Shown here: positions 53,801 to 64,000 of the stretch, piece after piece | Numbering within the stretch: position 1 is the stretch's first letter | Layout of the letters: every line of letters starts with the position of its first letter | Assembly (NCBI GenBank): GCA_040954595.2 | Contig: CM082583.2 | Coordinates: 8,728,254-8,792,253 of the forward strand | DNA from: Balanoglossus misakiensis | Taxonomy: Eukaryota; Animalia; Hemichordata | Direction of reading: 5' to 3' | Length of the DNA: 64,000 nt | Notes under the pieces: generated by a model | Databases searched by the model: none | Seen by the model: the letters and a program-made list of their open reading frames with translations, nothing else | What the model was told of the DNA's origin: nothing | Translations under genes and position numbers: made by a program

Positions 53801-55861
53801 ACAATCCTGCCCACTTCTACATTTTCGTCTGTCTGTTAACATTCAATGAAGTGGTCGCCGATTTGTTGAAAAACAAATGTCATGACGTACATCGGTATGT
53901 TGGTAATATTCCCGGTATGATTTACTTTTAGAATAAGCGTTTGCCATACCCAGGAACTATGTAATCGTGGTAGGAATAGGATTAACTGCCATTCCGTTGC
54001 TACCACGTCATATTACCGGTATGTTTACGACATGGCCCCGACATCTCTGTGTTGATTAATCACCGTGACTGCCACAAATCGTCATAAACAAAGTGACGGG
54101 AGAGTGGAACACTTGGATGAGAAATCTGCATAATCTATAAAATCTGCAGAATCTATAATCAATCAAAGCGAAAGTATCTCGAGGATTATACGCAGACCGC
54201 GAGTATTGCATCTCTATTCATCATCAAATGCAAGCATGCCTATTGTTATTGCAGCCATTAACAAAAACTAAAACGCAAAGCAATCAAGTAATGAAGCAAT
54301 CTTCTTTTAAAGCAATTATTTTTCATCGGGACCATCAGAATATATGGTCTTTTCGCAATTTGACATTAGAATTTGAACTTTGAGTGATAAATTCAATGTA
54401 ATCGACAGAAAAGGTCTTTATATGTGTTTTTTAATATTCACGTGCCACGATTTCAAATCGGTTGAGGGCAAATAATGGCAACGTCATTGTAATAAATTGT
54501 AATGAAAAATCAGCATGAATAGTCGACAGAAGGGTTATGCAGTCCTCCCATCGTTATTCGTACTTATCAACTGAGACGAATATACCTTGTAAAGTATAAT
54601 AGTCCCAGTTATCAACCACGTGTTTTGCAAAGGTTAATATAGGACAGTTCTTGTTTCATACAAAGCGTCTGTGTTTTGTCTTTATTTAAATAAGCTTCCG
54701 ATGACTGTTATTTTCATGAATGACATTCCCATAAAGCCTGACTATTCGTGGGGGCAAATTGCTTCGGCGACCCAACGCATGTCGCGCTCACGTAAGCTTA
54801 TCGTAACACACAGCTGTTTGAACCCAACATATTTTATTTTGCGCGCGTGCATTGAGGTTTCGCGCCGAGCTGTTCAGCGTAGATATCATGACTAATACGC
54901 GAATGCAACTATTGGCGAAGGGGGTCTATTAAAGTACGATGCAAATTTACAATAGACACTGTCAATTAGTTGCAGAGATTGATTTCCTGAGAGGAAGAGT
55001 GTTACCTTTGTGTTGTTGTATTGCAGTCGCATGATATTCTATCAGAGGACATCATTTCTCCATATCTCATTAGTTGGCCTTTATGATAAAATCATTTTTT
55101 TAAAATATGAAGTATATCAATTGGAAAAAAAATATGTAAATCTGTCCCAAATCGATATAGGGGTCTCATTTCATATCTGGAGGTCGGCGACGTGAGCAGC
55201 ATTGTGTGAAAATGTAATGCAAAAACTAATCTTAGATGGTATACCTCACAAATCTGAGTAGGATGCTTCAATAACTAACTATGCGGGCTAATTAACTGGT
55301 AGCTAACTAACTAACTAACTATCAACCAATCAACCAACCAACCAGCCAACTAACTAACTACCTATCTGGCTGGCTGACTGACCGACTACAGGCATAATTT
55401 TCATTGGAGTGAAGGTATTAGCTTTGCGTATATTATCCCAGTGCACTTACCGTCAAAACCGGGGCGCATTCTTCGGTCGTAGTTAGCGAGCAGTTTCTCC
55501 AGAAAATCGGTGGTGGTGGAAGCATTGTGCGCCGCGTGGTGATCGTCATCGTCGCCATCATCGTCTTCTTCGCTCGCCGGATCAGGTTTAGTTGTCAGCT
55601 CTCCGTCGATTTGTTCGTCGTCGTGGTTGTTGCTGGCGTCAGTCAGGCTGCAAAATTCGAAATCGCAAAGACGAAGTCACTCTCTGAAAAGAACAGCGTT
55701 TTTAAACTGGTGCGTGGCGCTGTTTCTTTTATGTCTCTCTATTAAAAAGGAGAACGTGATTAAGAAAGAATTTGTTCTAAATACCTCTGTGGATGAAAAA
55801 CCATTACGAGAGTTATGACCGTACAGATGAAGTAATTCACTCGGTGCCGACGACGCTCCAT
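41865..55861 (-). CDS. Glycine-receptor-alpha-like Cys-loop ligand-gated chloride channel, about 454 aa, 9 coding exons
   Basis: Exons 55861-55785 (signal peptide), 55647-55451, 50312-50245, 46226-46006, 44589-44507, 43919-43785, 42923-42694, 42374-42267 and 42110-41865 join in frame (1365 nt). Motifs: YDRRMRP; [12 protein letters not shown]; [12 protein letters not shown]; Cys-loop C-x13-C ([15 protein letters not shown]); loop-C disulfide [12 protein letters not shown]; anion-selective PAR in AAPARVSLG; LPKVSY; M4 DKLSRILFP. Confidence 0.93.
45225..45574. mobile_element. Non-autonomous Kolobok/T2-type DNA transposon (MITE), about 350 bp
   Basis: TTAA on both sides, AGG...CCT termini, and imperfect TIRs sharing CGTCTTATGCGCATGTGC. 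It lies in an intron of the GlyR-like gene. Confidence 0.7.
46529..46910. repeat. Interspersed repeat, copy 1
   Basis: A ~140-bp core (AGCCATTCCAACTTGGAGGGTTACCCTGTTC...GAACATTCTCTTCC) is near-identical to 48466-48600. A downstream block TACCTCTCAGTGCA...AAAGTACGTGTTATCCTACGGGT is also shared. Confidence 0.8.
48466..48759. repeat. Interspersed repeat, copy 2
   Basis: Direct-orientation match to 46529-46910 with an internal deletion. Confidence 0.8.
55303..55360. repeat. (TAAC)/(CAAC) tetranucleotide repeat
   Basis: Degenerate ctaa/ccaa units. Confidence 0.7.
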
Positions 55862-58800
55862 CTCTGCAAACGACTAAAACTTATAATCAATGGCGCGCGG
55901 AGACGAAGCCCGGATGATATTCCGATCGTTGTGCGGACAAGCTGCTAGACAATACTTCATACAGTCGGGAAAATTAAAAAAAATCGGTTTCTTCGTTCAC
56001 GGCACGGTGCCGAATGGCGGAGGTCCGTCACTGTCTGCAGCCATGTGCAGACACAATGGAAGTGATGACACAATCAGTCAGGTGCACTAATACAGACGTT
56101 GCCTGTCAGACATGCGCAGACGGATCACAATGCCATCTCTGATATGTTAGTCCTGTGAGTTGCATTATTAAAAATCACTGGGAATTCTATTGGTCCCGGC
56201 GTTCATACCTGCCCCATTCGCTGTCTGCGGTGTTCGATTTGCATTCGTGACGCGGATGGAGTATACAAATTTAAAACTCCTTCCTCTGCGAAAAAATGTT
56301 AGTGTTTCAATATGGAACTGACCCTGGGCTCGTACCCGTACAACTCCGTCTAGCCACTGTGCACTGGATCGCACAGAAGAACGTCTCGATCATCCTCCCA
56401 ACCCTGAAACAGCTCTGTCTCGTGTCTGAGCAAACACGGTCACTCAACAATACCTATACTATATAGCGACATTAATTTACAACTTTACATAGTGAAAGTA
56501 AGCTTTTGTTTGTGATCATAGCAAGGTTGTCCTTGTTTGTTTTCGGATGACCATATGTTCCGCAAACGATTCGAATATAAAAGAAAAACATATTCTTTAT
56601 ATTTGACCGAACATATTGATAAACCATGAAATGAATGCATTCATTCATACAACTTTGTTCGGGCATTCATCAACTCTTTGGATATTGACTTGCAAGAAAG
56701 CAACAGCTTTTTAAAAGCTTGTTTAGCGCTCCAGCTGTGACAGATATATATGACGCCCCTGCACAAATTCTCATATCAGCGAACCGCTGTGTGTAGCATG
56801 GCATGCGGCTTAAGCATAATTCAACTTGCGCATTATGCTTTATTCCGGCGTTTGAACATGATAATCATTTCAAATGCACGTTTCCGCGTGCAAGGCCAGG
56901 GTGGTGATTTTGCTTACGATCCTTCACTCAATATGTAAGTGAGGAAACATTTAGAGCAATTTTGGAAACGTGATTGATCAAATCCTGCAAGGTTATGCGA
57001 TTCCTAATAATACTAACCGCCGTTCGGAGTGTAGTTTATAAATCTTGATCAATTTGGTTGAGAATTGTTACCGGGAGGGCGCTGTGAACAGGCCAGGCCC
57101 TGCATGTCAAGTGTCCCTGTTGATCGTTTGTTTCTTTGAGTGCTTGTGTATAGGCAGACAAATCAGTGGAAAGTACAGATTCTGGGTAATCCTTTAGTTT
57201 ATGACATTCTAGTGAGAATAAGTCTCTCAGCTACAGCGGAATATTTTTTCACGCAGCAAGCCCATACAAAGATACATGTAATCGGTTATGAACGGTAGTA
57301 GCACACTAACTTCCAGGGACGACAATTACACCAAATTGGCAGTCATTCAGCTGGAAAACAACCTTGAATTTTGTGGATTTCATAAAGTAAGGGTAGCTGG
57401 ATAAACGATAAGCGGTATAATCTCTAACAATGTCACTGGACTCACTCATCAGGAGAATAAATCGCGTGTTTCTGACAATAATCACATCGATTGGTTGATT
57501 GGTTGGTTGATTATTTGATTGATTGGTTAAGAAAAAAAGCCCACTAAAAACACGTCGCAAAAATCAAATGTCGGAAACGAAGAAAAATATAAATTCCCAA
57601 CTCCGAGTCGACGGGAAAACAGGAAATTGCAACAATATGGTTTAATCGAAACGTGATAAAATTAATGCTTGGTTTCCTTGGCATGGCAATCAAGCAAGCA
57701 TCAGAGAATGACGTCATACACAACACGTTTGATGATTGTTCCGCTGGTGCGGTGTTCATGATTTTATTCATAAAACGGTGCTTTCATTTTTTTCTTCTTT
57801 TGGGTTTTCACGACTTTCATCATTTTAACATTCTTGCCTGTAAGGTTTCTCGCTTCTATGGAAATTTCTTATTTCCTGTAAAAAATGAACTCGACGTATT
57901 GAATGGTCCGATTGTCGCTGACTTGGCTGCATTCTTTTGCCTTGACTTCGCCTCGCGGAAATGCGGTCATACTGGGGCGCTAAGTCAAAGGATGGAAACA
58001 ATTTCAGAAAATAATGCACCATTCTTCCGTTTCGGTAGATTTCCCTAGGCATCGCGATAACAACCACGCTACGGCGACCAACGACGGCAGCGGAAATAAT
58101 TTGCTGGCAACGGCATCGAAAGATTATTCGTTTGAAAAGGGCTAGTTGAATTAATTGCGGAGGAAACGCTGCTACTTAAATGGGTATTTCCCAGCAAATT
58201 ACTAAATTGAAATAACTACGAAAAATGAAGTTTGAGTTGGTTCGTTAACCGCAAAGGGCGTAGTAAAGCAACCGATCATACTCCCCACGATTCATTACCA
58301 TGACCGCTAAAGTAGATATAAATCGACAATATGGTATAGTGTACCCGCGGGGGGCTACCGTAAGTACTTGATATGGAACATTGGCACTATCAAATTAGAG
58401 TTTATTGCTGTGGCCAATATATTAATATTGTACACAATAGTGAGACACATTAGGCGAACTTCAAGGATGCAATATGATCTTTCCACTTTGCTTAATGCAA
58501 TCATCGTGAAATTTAATGTCACCTCGCACAGCTGACGCGAAGATCACGCGAATTGGAGAAAGGAGATTTATTCGTCGGCATATTCATATACATCAATAGC
58601 CGGACAAGGTCTTACTCTGTCATATTGGTGTACAGTACAGTACAACATTCAGTTTCGGAGGATAAAACAACGCAAGTGTTTATTTACCGAGACCTTGAAC
58701 TCTTTGAATTCGATGGGACCTGTACAATCTGTTTATTTATTTATTTACGAGGAGCAGGTGGATTGCTATCCGGAATGGTTTTCTGGGACCTTCCGGTTTC

Positions 58801-60130
58801 CGTGACAGCCATTCGTCATGATATCCGCCAGGTGACCGCCCGCTGTCATCGGGCGGACATCGCGGGTATCTCGGTGTAAATCCGCGAGGATCAGCTCGTC
58901 AGTTTCTCACATCTGATTTTTGTCGCTGACAAACCGGGTACGGTCGATAAGACCAAAGTAACTTCTTGAGGACCGTAATTTGTCCATGGTTTTAATCTCT
59001 TTGGTTGGGCTCTCTGTAAAACTGGTCTGTTTGACAGACAGTTGGTGCTGCCGCTATACAATATCAATCGAAGCGTATGCCTGTGTTGGCATGTATATAC
59101 AGGTAGGGCAAACCGAAGGTATTAAATGTAGACGAAATAAACTAGGGCTGCATAGTACATTGACTTCACAAAAGTTTAACATTTATCCCTTTCAATCCTT
59201 CCTTGAACTGGTGGCGCTCTTCTTAGACTTTCGTTTTTAGTGCGTCCAACTTTGTATTTATTTTCATGTACACATTCTTCAAGTGGCAGCTGTCTCCAAG
59301 CGAGCACGGCGTTGAATCGAACAGGTGTTATTTTCGTCCACGATCTATTGTGCGTTGTTTCCACGGGGCAAGACACGTACACGTGGAACTGAACAATAAT
59401 AATGAGGCTGGGAGGTTCACCCGCACGTGTCCGTAAGGAAACTCGTAGAAAGCGGAGAACGTCTGCCGTGAGTCGAGGAGAATTTTAGCACGACGCAGCA
59501 ATGAAAACAAAGTTCTCAGGAACTGGTAAGTTGCACCGTATTCACACTATTGGCCACGTAGATTGACTGGGACTTCCAAACGTGAAAAATTGCGGCGTCG
59601 AATTCGGGTTAGGATTATGTACGCGAAAGTATGCGGTAGTGCTCTACCACAGACGCGATGCGTACACACCCGCAGGCTCACGGCAAGGCCTTACAGACTC
59701 CGGGACAACTGCGCTTGTACTTGTTAGGGTAACAGCAGCCTTTAATTTGACCCACCCAGTACTTGTGTATACATTTGACTCAAAATCTATGGCTTACGCC
59801 GGTTATTTTTCTGATTGTGTGAGGTGATATTCTTGTTTGTGGCCACGTACACAGCCAACCCGTTCGTTCATGTAAATTAGGCTGACGGACCGTTGAACTG
59901 GGTGGTCATTACCACCACCACTAGCCTCACCCTCCTTGTCCGCCTCCGCTATAACTGTAAACATCAAAGAATTTATATTTTGATACGTCTTCATGCAGAT
60001 GGCGTAATCATTGCCTTGTGGATTTCTTTTGTGATTTTATGGATATATTACAGAACTTAAATGTTGTTCACGAATAGTGTCCTTCTTGTCCGATTCTGAC
60101 ACGTAATTGTCCTTGGCAGTGTTCACAGGA

Positions 60131-61890
60131 ATGTTCCGAAAGAAAAGTAAGAGCACTTGGCGGTTTATTATGTCACACGACCGACATTGGTATATATTGG
60201 GCCTTGATCCACTTCGCAAGATCTTCGTTTTCATGGTACTTGCAATGATTGGTTGTTTGCTGCTCTTGACACCGCAGACTACAATGCAGTGGAAGACCAT
60301 CAGGAGAGGGGTTACCCCGCCAACTCAAATTCCAACGCTTCCCCCGACGTATGAAGACTGGTGAGTAGTCAAGGCGATCCCGCTCGTTCGAAAAGCATGT
60401 CGCTATGGCCAAACGGGAATAATCGCCCGCCATGTTGTCCTTTCAGCATAGGAACACAAGGACCAAACAGTACCGAGTTGATCAGAGAAGATTATTCATT
60501 GGATAGCATAGATCGATTTCAAGATCCAAAGACAGCGAAAAGTTGGAAAGAGCTACGGTACGTTCGGGTTTCTTAAATGCTGAATGCAAATTGGCGACGG
60601 AACACATTAAATTCTGAAGTTTAAAAGGTCAAGTATTGACATCAGAGTGGGTGTTTTTTATGTGACCGATTCTACTTCGACGTCACCAGAAAAAGAAGTG
60701 TTTGCGTATTATCTTTCTCTTTTCACTTTCAAGGAGTATCGTCTCGAAAGTGTTGACACTTGAGAATACCGTAGCTATATGTCGGTCATCCAGTGCGCTC
60801 GCTTTGCTCATGGAAAAGGGTTTCCCTCAGAACTTCTGGCCGCCAAATGTCGCTCCTGTCGGTTGCTACGGGAGGTTACACCACTCTCTCTTTGACTCGC
60901 TGAAGCCGCAGAAGTCATGCGCACTCGTCGGAAACGGCGGCATTCTCAGGAACAGTCATTGTGGAGCCGAGATCAACAGTCACGATTTCGTGATGAGGGT
61001 GAACCTGCCCGTAATAAGCGGGTTTGAAAAGGATGTCGGGCGCAAAACGGACTTGACAGCGGTCAACTCGATAATTTTCATCGATCTGAAGAAATATCTG
61101 ATAAAAGTTGGAAATTCGCCGCTGGGTAATCAGACTGTTAAGGTGCCAGGATTGGTGAGAAGACTGGCGGAGTTGGACGACTCGATCCTGTGGTTAGCGT
61201 ACAACATGTCGTATAAGGGAGTCCACTTGGAATCCGAGAGGGGCATCTTCCGTCAGGTGATCAGAAAAACGAAATTGGAACAAGAAGGAATGGCGTATAG
61301 AGTGGCCTATTCACCCGTCCCTTTGTGGCCGCAACTGATATCAAGGTTTGTTGGCTCTCAGTTACCATGGTGAATTTGAGATCTAACCAATCACGGATTT
61401 TCAGTTGTTCTTTAGAACCCTCAAATGCGCCATTTCAGCCATATATGGGCATATGTAAATTGGAGGTGACTGTAGGCCTTTACCTTTAATATTATATGCA
61501 TATTATGTGAAATGTATGACAATGAAGTACATGTATTGGCATTAGCTCACCTAGATAGATAGTGCCAATGTCAATTCATTTGTCAGGAATACGCCAACAG
61601 TTTAACTGTGATCGTCTTCGACTTTCAGAGTATGGAACAAGACGGGCAACAGCGAAGGCTTCGTTCTGTTCACGCTGGCCACTCTGCTGTGCGAAGAGCT
61701 CACCTTGTACGGATTTTGGCCATTCCCGCGCGATGCCCGAGGGCGACATCTGACCCACCATTACTACGACAGCCAGCCATACGATACATACAGAAAAAAT
61801 GTGATGCCCGTCGAGTTTGAAATTCTGAAAGAGTTCGGTCGTTCAAATGTAATAAGACTCGTCCTCGGTCGGTGTAGAAATGAACAATGA
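60131..61890 (+). CDS. ST8Sia-like alpha-2,8-sialyltransferase family (GT29) type II membrane protein, about 404 aa, 4 exons
   Basis: Exons 60131-60360, 60447-60557, 60734-61345 and 61629-61890 join in frame (1215 nt). It has an N-terminal TM segment (IFVFMVLAMIGCLLLL), sialylmotif L (CALVGNGGILRNSHCGAEINSHDFVMRVN...DVGRKT), motif S (..G.VLFTLATLLCEELTLYGFWPF), motif III (HHYYD), a VS-like NVMPVEF, and the ST8Sia-type C-terminal Cys (LGRC). Confidence 0.9.
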
Positions 61891-62275
61891 CATTTTGTAT
61901 GTGTGTGCACCTTAAAATTAAACCCTCGACCGTTTGTTTATACCGGTACGTTGCGTCACAGTTGCGTTTTGCAGTCGTGTGCTCATCACACGTGTATCAC
62001 CACGTGTTGTTACCAGTAATTTAAATATTGAGCTCCCATGTCAAGGATCAGAAAAATGGCCAATCGGAGTAATCAACTGTGAGATCAACCAATCGGATTT
62101 CGTATCTGTAAATTGAAGTTTCCCTAATAACTGCGCCTTTCCCCTTTGCTAACTGACGGAACTTCATGACCTCTGCGCACTAAACTACCACACGCAAGTG
62201 TCAACAGTTGTCTGAAGATGGCTAACCGCCTTTGTAGTGAATGTATACTGAAATCTATACAGTATTTTACAGAGG

Positions 62276-62533
62276 CTGTTCGACATATTCAGGCACCTGT
62301 GGTTCTGTCCAAGTCAACAGCACATTGTACTTTCGCCACTGATGGCGCTGTTGTATTGCCGAATGACTGGTACGGGGATGGGTCCTATCTCTTGGCAGAG
62401 TACGGGTTTGAATATTGGCAATTTCACTTCTAGAAGAGGATGTAGTTCTCATTACATAAATGTGTATACATGTACCAACCCCTGTACTGGATTGGACGTG
62501 GGTGTGAATTCTGACGGCAGTGACAACTGCTAG
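62276..62533 (+). pseudogene. Possible decayed Cys-rich exon remnant
   Basis: After a tttTACAG acceptor, protein-like segments appear in shifting frames: GCSTYSGTCGSVQVNSTLYF / ATDGAVVLPNDWYGDGSYLLAEYG / NIGNFTSRRGCSSHYINVYTCTNPCTGLDVGVNSDGSDNC*. No family recognised. Confidence 0.2.
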
Positions 62534-62961
62534 CACTGGTTGAGAGTGGGATGCAATGATGAACACGAGAAAGAGTGTACACAAATTTATGATGTTCTTT
62601 ATTGTCAATACTTTGCATAGAAAAGTGATCGTATCTGGACAAGTGAAAAGGTCTTGAACATTATTATACTCGCAACTTTGGCCTTCAAGAGTGGACTTTT
62701 ACAAGTTTCTCCAAAGTTTTTTTAAAATTTCAACTCAAACCTTTGAACTTTTCCTCTGCATGTTGGAAGAGCAACACGATTGTGTATACTGTACATCATG
62801 GGACAATACTATTAAACTTGCACAAAACTAGCGTAACACAAAAATGTGTAAGCAAATGGGAAACTGGTAAAAAAAATCAACCTCAGACGAAACAAAAAAA
62901 GAAACACAGAAATGCTACAAGTTCATATTTTTTTTATTTTGCATTTTTTTGTCATATTGCT

Positions 62962-63969
62962 TTATTCTTGAGCTGGCTCTTTATCGACAGCGAACGCTTT
63001 GTCAACTGGAAGGGTTCCGGAATCGGCAATGACACAGTCCTTTTTGGGAGTGGAACCGGACACTCCAGTGTTTTCCAGCTTGCGTACTACATCCTGAGGA
63101 AAGAAAAGACAACATGGGTTGAATCGGGCTGGTTTCATAAGAACTTTTTCTGGAAGTGTATGACATCTGCCGTGTATCAGAGTATCATGGATTCCTTCAG
63201 TAGACGCTGTTAACGATGAAGACAGGCAAGAGAATAAAAAGTGCAAAAACATCACTGAGAGAGATACTAACCATTCCTTCAAGTACTTTTCCAAAGACAA
63301 CATGCTTTCCATCCAGCCATGGTGTCTTGACAGTGGTGATGAAGAACTGTGATCCGTTGGTGTTTTTGCCAGCGTTGGCCATGCTCAACCAGCCGGCACC
63401 ATAGTGCTTCAGTTTGAAGTTCTCATCTTCGAAACGGTCGCCATAGATACTACGGCCTGCAAAGACATTCCCAGAATAATTATAATCGGTTACTGCCGCC
63501 ATATCATCCAAAATCTCAAAGACAGAAATATTGTATGCAGTGAACTTCCCCTGGGGATAGAAGATACAAGTGTTGTGTACACTTACCTCCAGTACCATCA
63601 CCTCGGGTGAAATCGCCACCTTGAATCATAAAATCTTTGATAATTCTATGAAATTTGCTGCCTTTGTATCCTTTGCCTACTTCCTGAGAAAAACAAATGT
63701 GTACATAGTCAATGACTGCATGAGTGTGTGGTCAGTGCAGAAAGAGGATACATCATGATGATTAATCATGTGTTGTCTACCCTTGGCTCAATTCAAAACC
63801 CTTTTCTTCCCTTAAATCGTATCAGACGTCAAACTATGCAAAACTACATTCTTACCTCTTCCTTTGAAAGTTCTACAAAATTCTTGACAGTTTTGGGCAC
63901 AGTTTTACCAAATAATCCAATGACAACACGTCCTAGCTTCTCCCCACCTATTTCTATATCGAAATACAC
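62962..63969 (-). CDS. PPIB: Peptidyl-prolyl cis-trans isomerase B (cyclophilin B), 5' end outside window
   Basis: Exons 63969-63856, 63683-63587, 63456-63272 and 63093-62962 join in frame. Motifs: [27 protein letters not shown]; [34 protein letters not shown]; [43 protein letters not shown]; CypB-like tail [10 protein letters not shown]. Confidence 0.95.
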
Positions 63970-64000
63970 CTGGAAGAAACAAAAACACGGTACACAAAAC

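Noticed and set aside
46227-55450. Possible mutually exclusive exon-3 duplicate or nested gene in the long GlyR-like introns
   Set aside because: No second 68-nt exon with both splice sites and homology was found by eye. Short ORFs such as 53342-53581 lack support.
1-64000. CRISPR arrays, rRNA, autonomous transposase or reverse-transcriptase ORFs, prokaryotic operons
   Set aside because: No repeat-spacer array, rRNA signature or long TE ORF was seen. The window is spliced eukaryotic DNA.

Overview
Intron-rich animal genomic DNA, most consistent with an invertebrate deuterostome (hemichordate/echinoderm/amphioxus-like; inferred from gene content and composition, not proven). I spliced exons by hand using GT-AG sites and phase continuity, and found eight protein-coding genes. 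From left to right: a 5'-portion STRA6-like gene B running off the left edge (-), a compact divergent TRPC-like channel (-), a complete 17-exon STRA6-like gene A (-), KIAA0825-like (+), ARB2A/FAM172A (+), a glycine-receptor-like Cys-loop anion channel (-), an ST8Sia-like GT29 sialyltransferase (+), and a 5'-truncated cyclophilin B (-). There are also several non-autonomous DNA-transposon remnants (Harbinger-type, Kolobok-type, an 85-bp TA-flanked hairpin) and microsatellites. The most notable observations are: a co-oriented STRA6L-TRPC-STRA6L cassette with remodelled proteins; an ST8Sia whose catalytic VS-motif His is Asn; a GlyR-like channel with His at M2 19'; and the KIAA0825->ARB2A gene pair in the same order as human 5q15. 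No rRNA, tRNA or CRISPR is supported. Family assignments rest on motifs recalled from memory, not on database searches.
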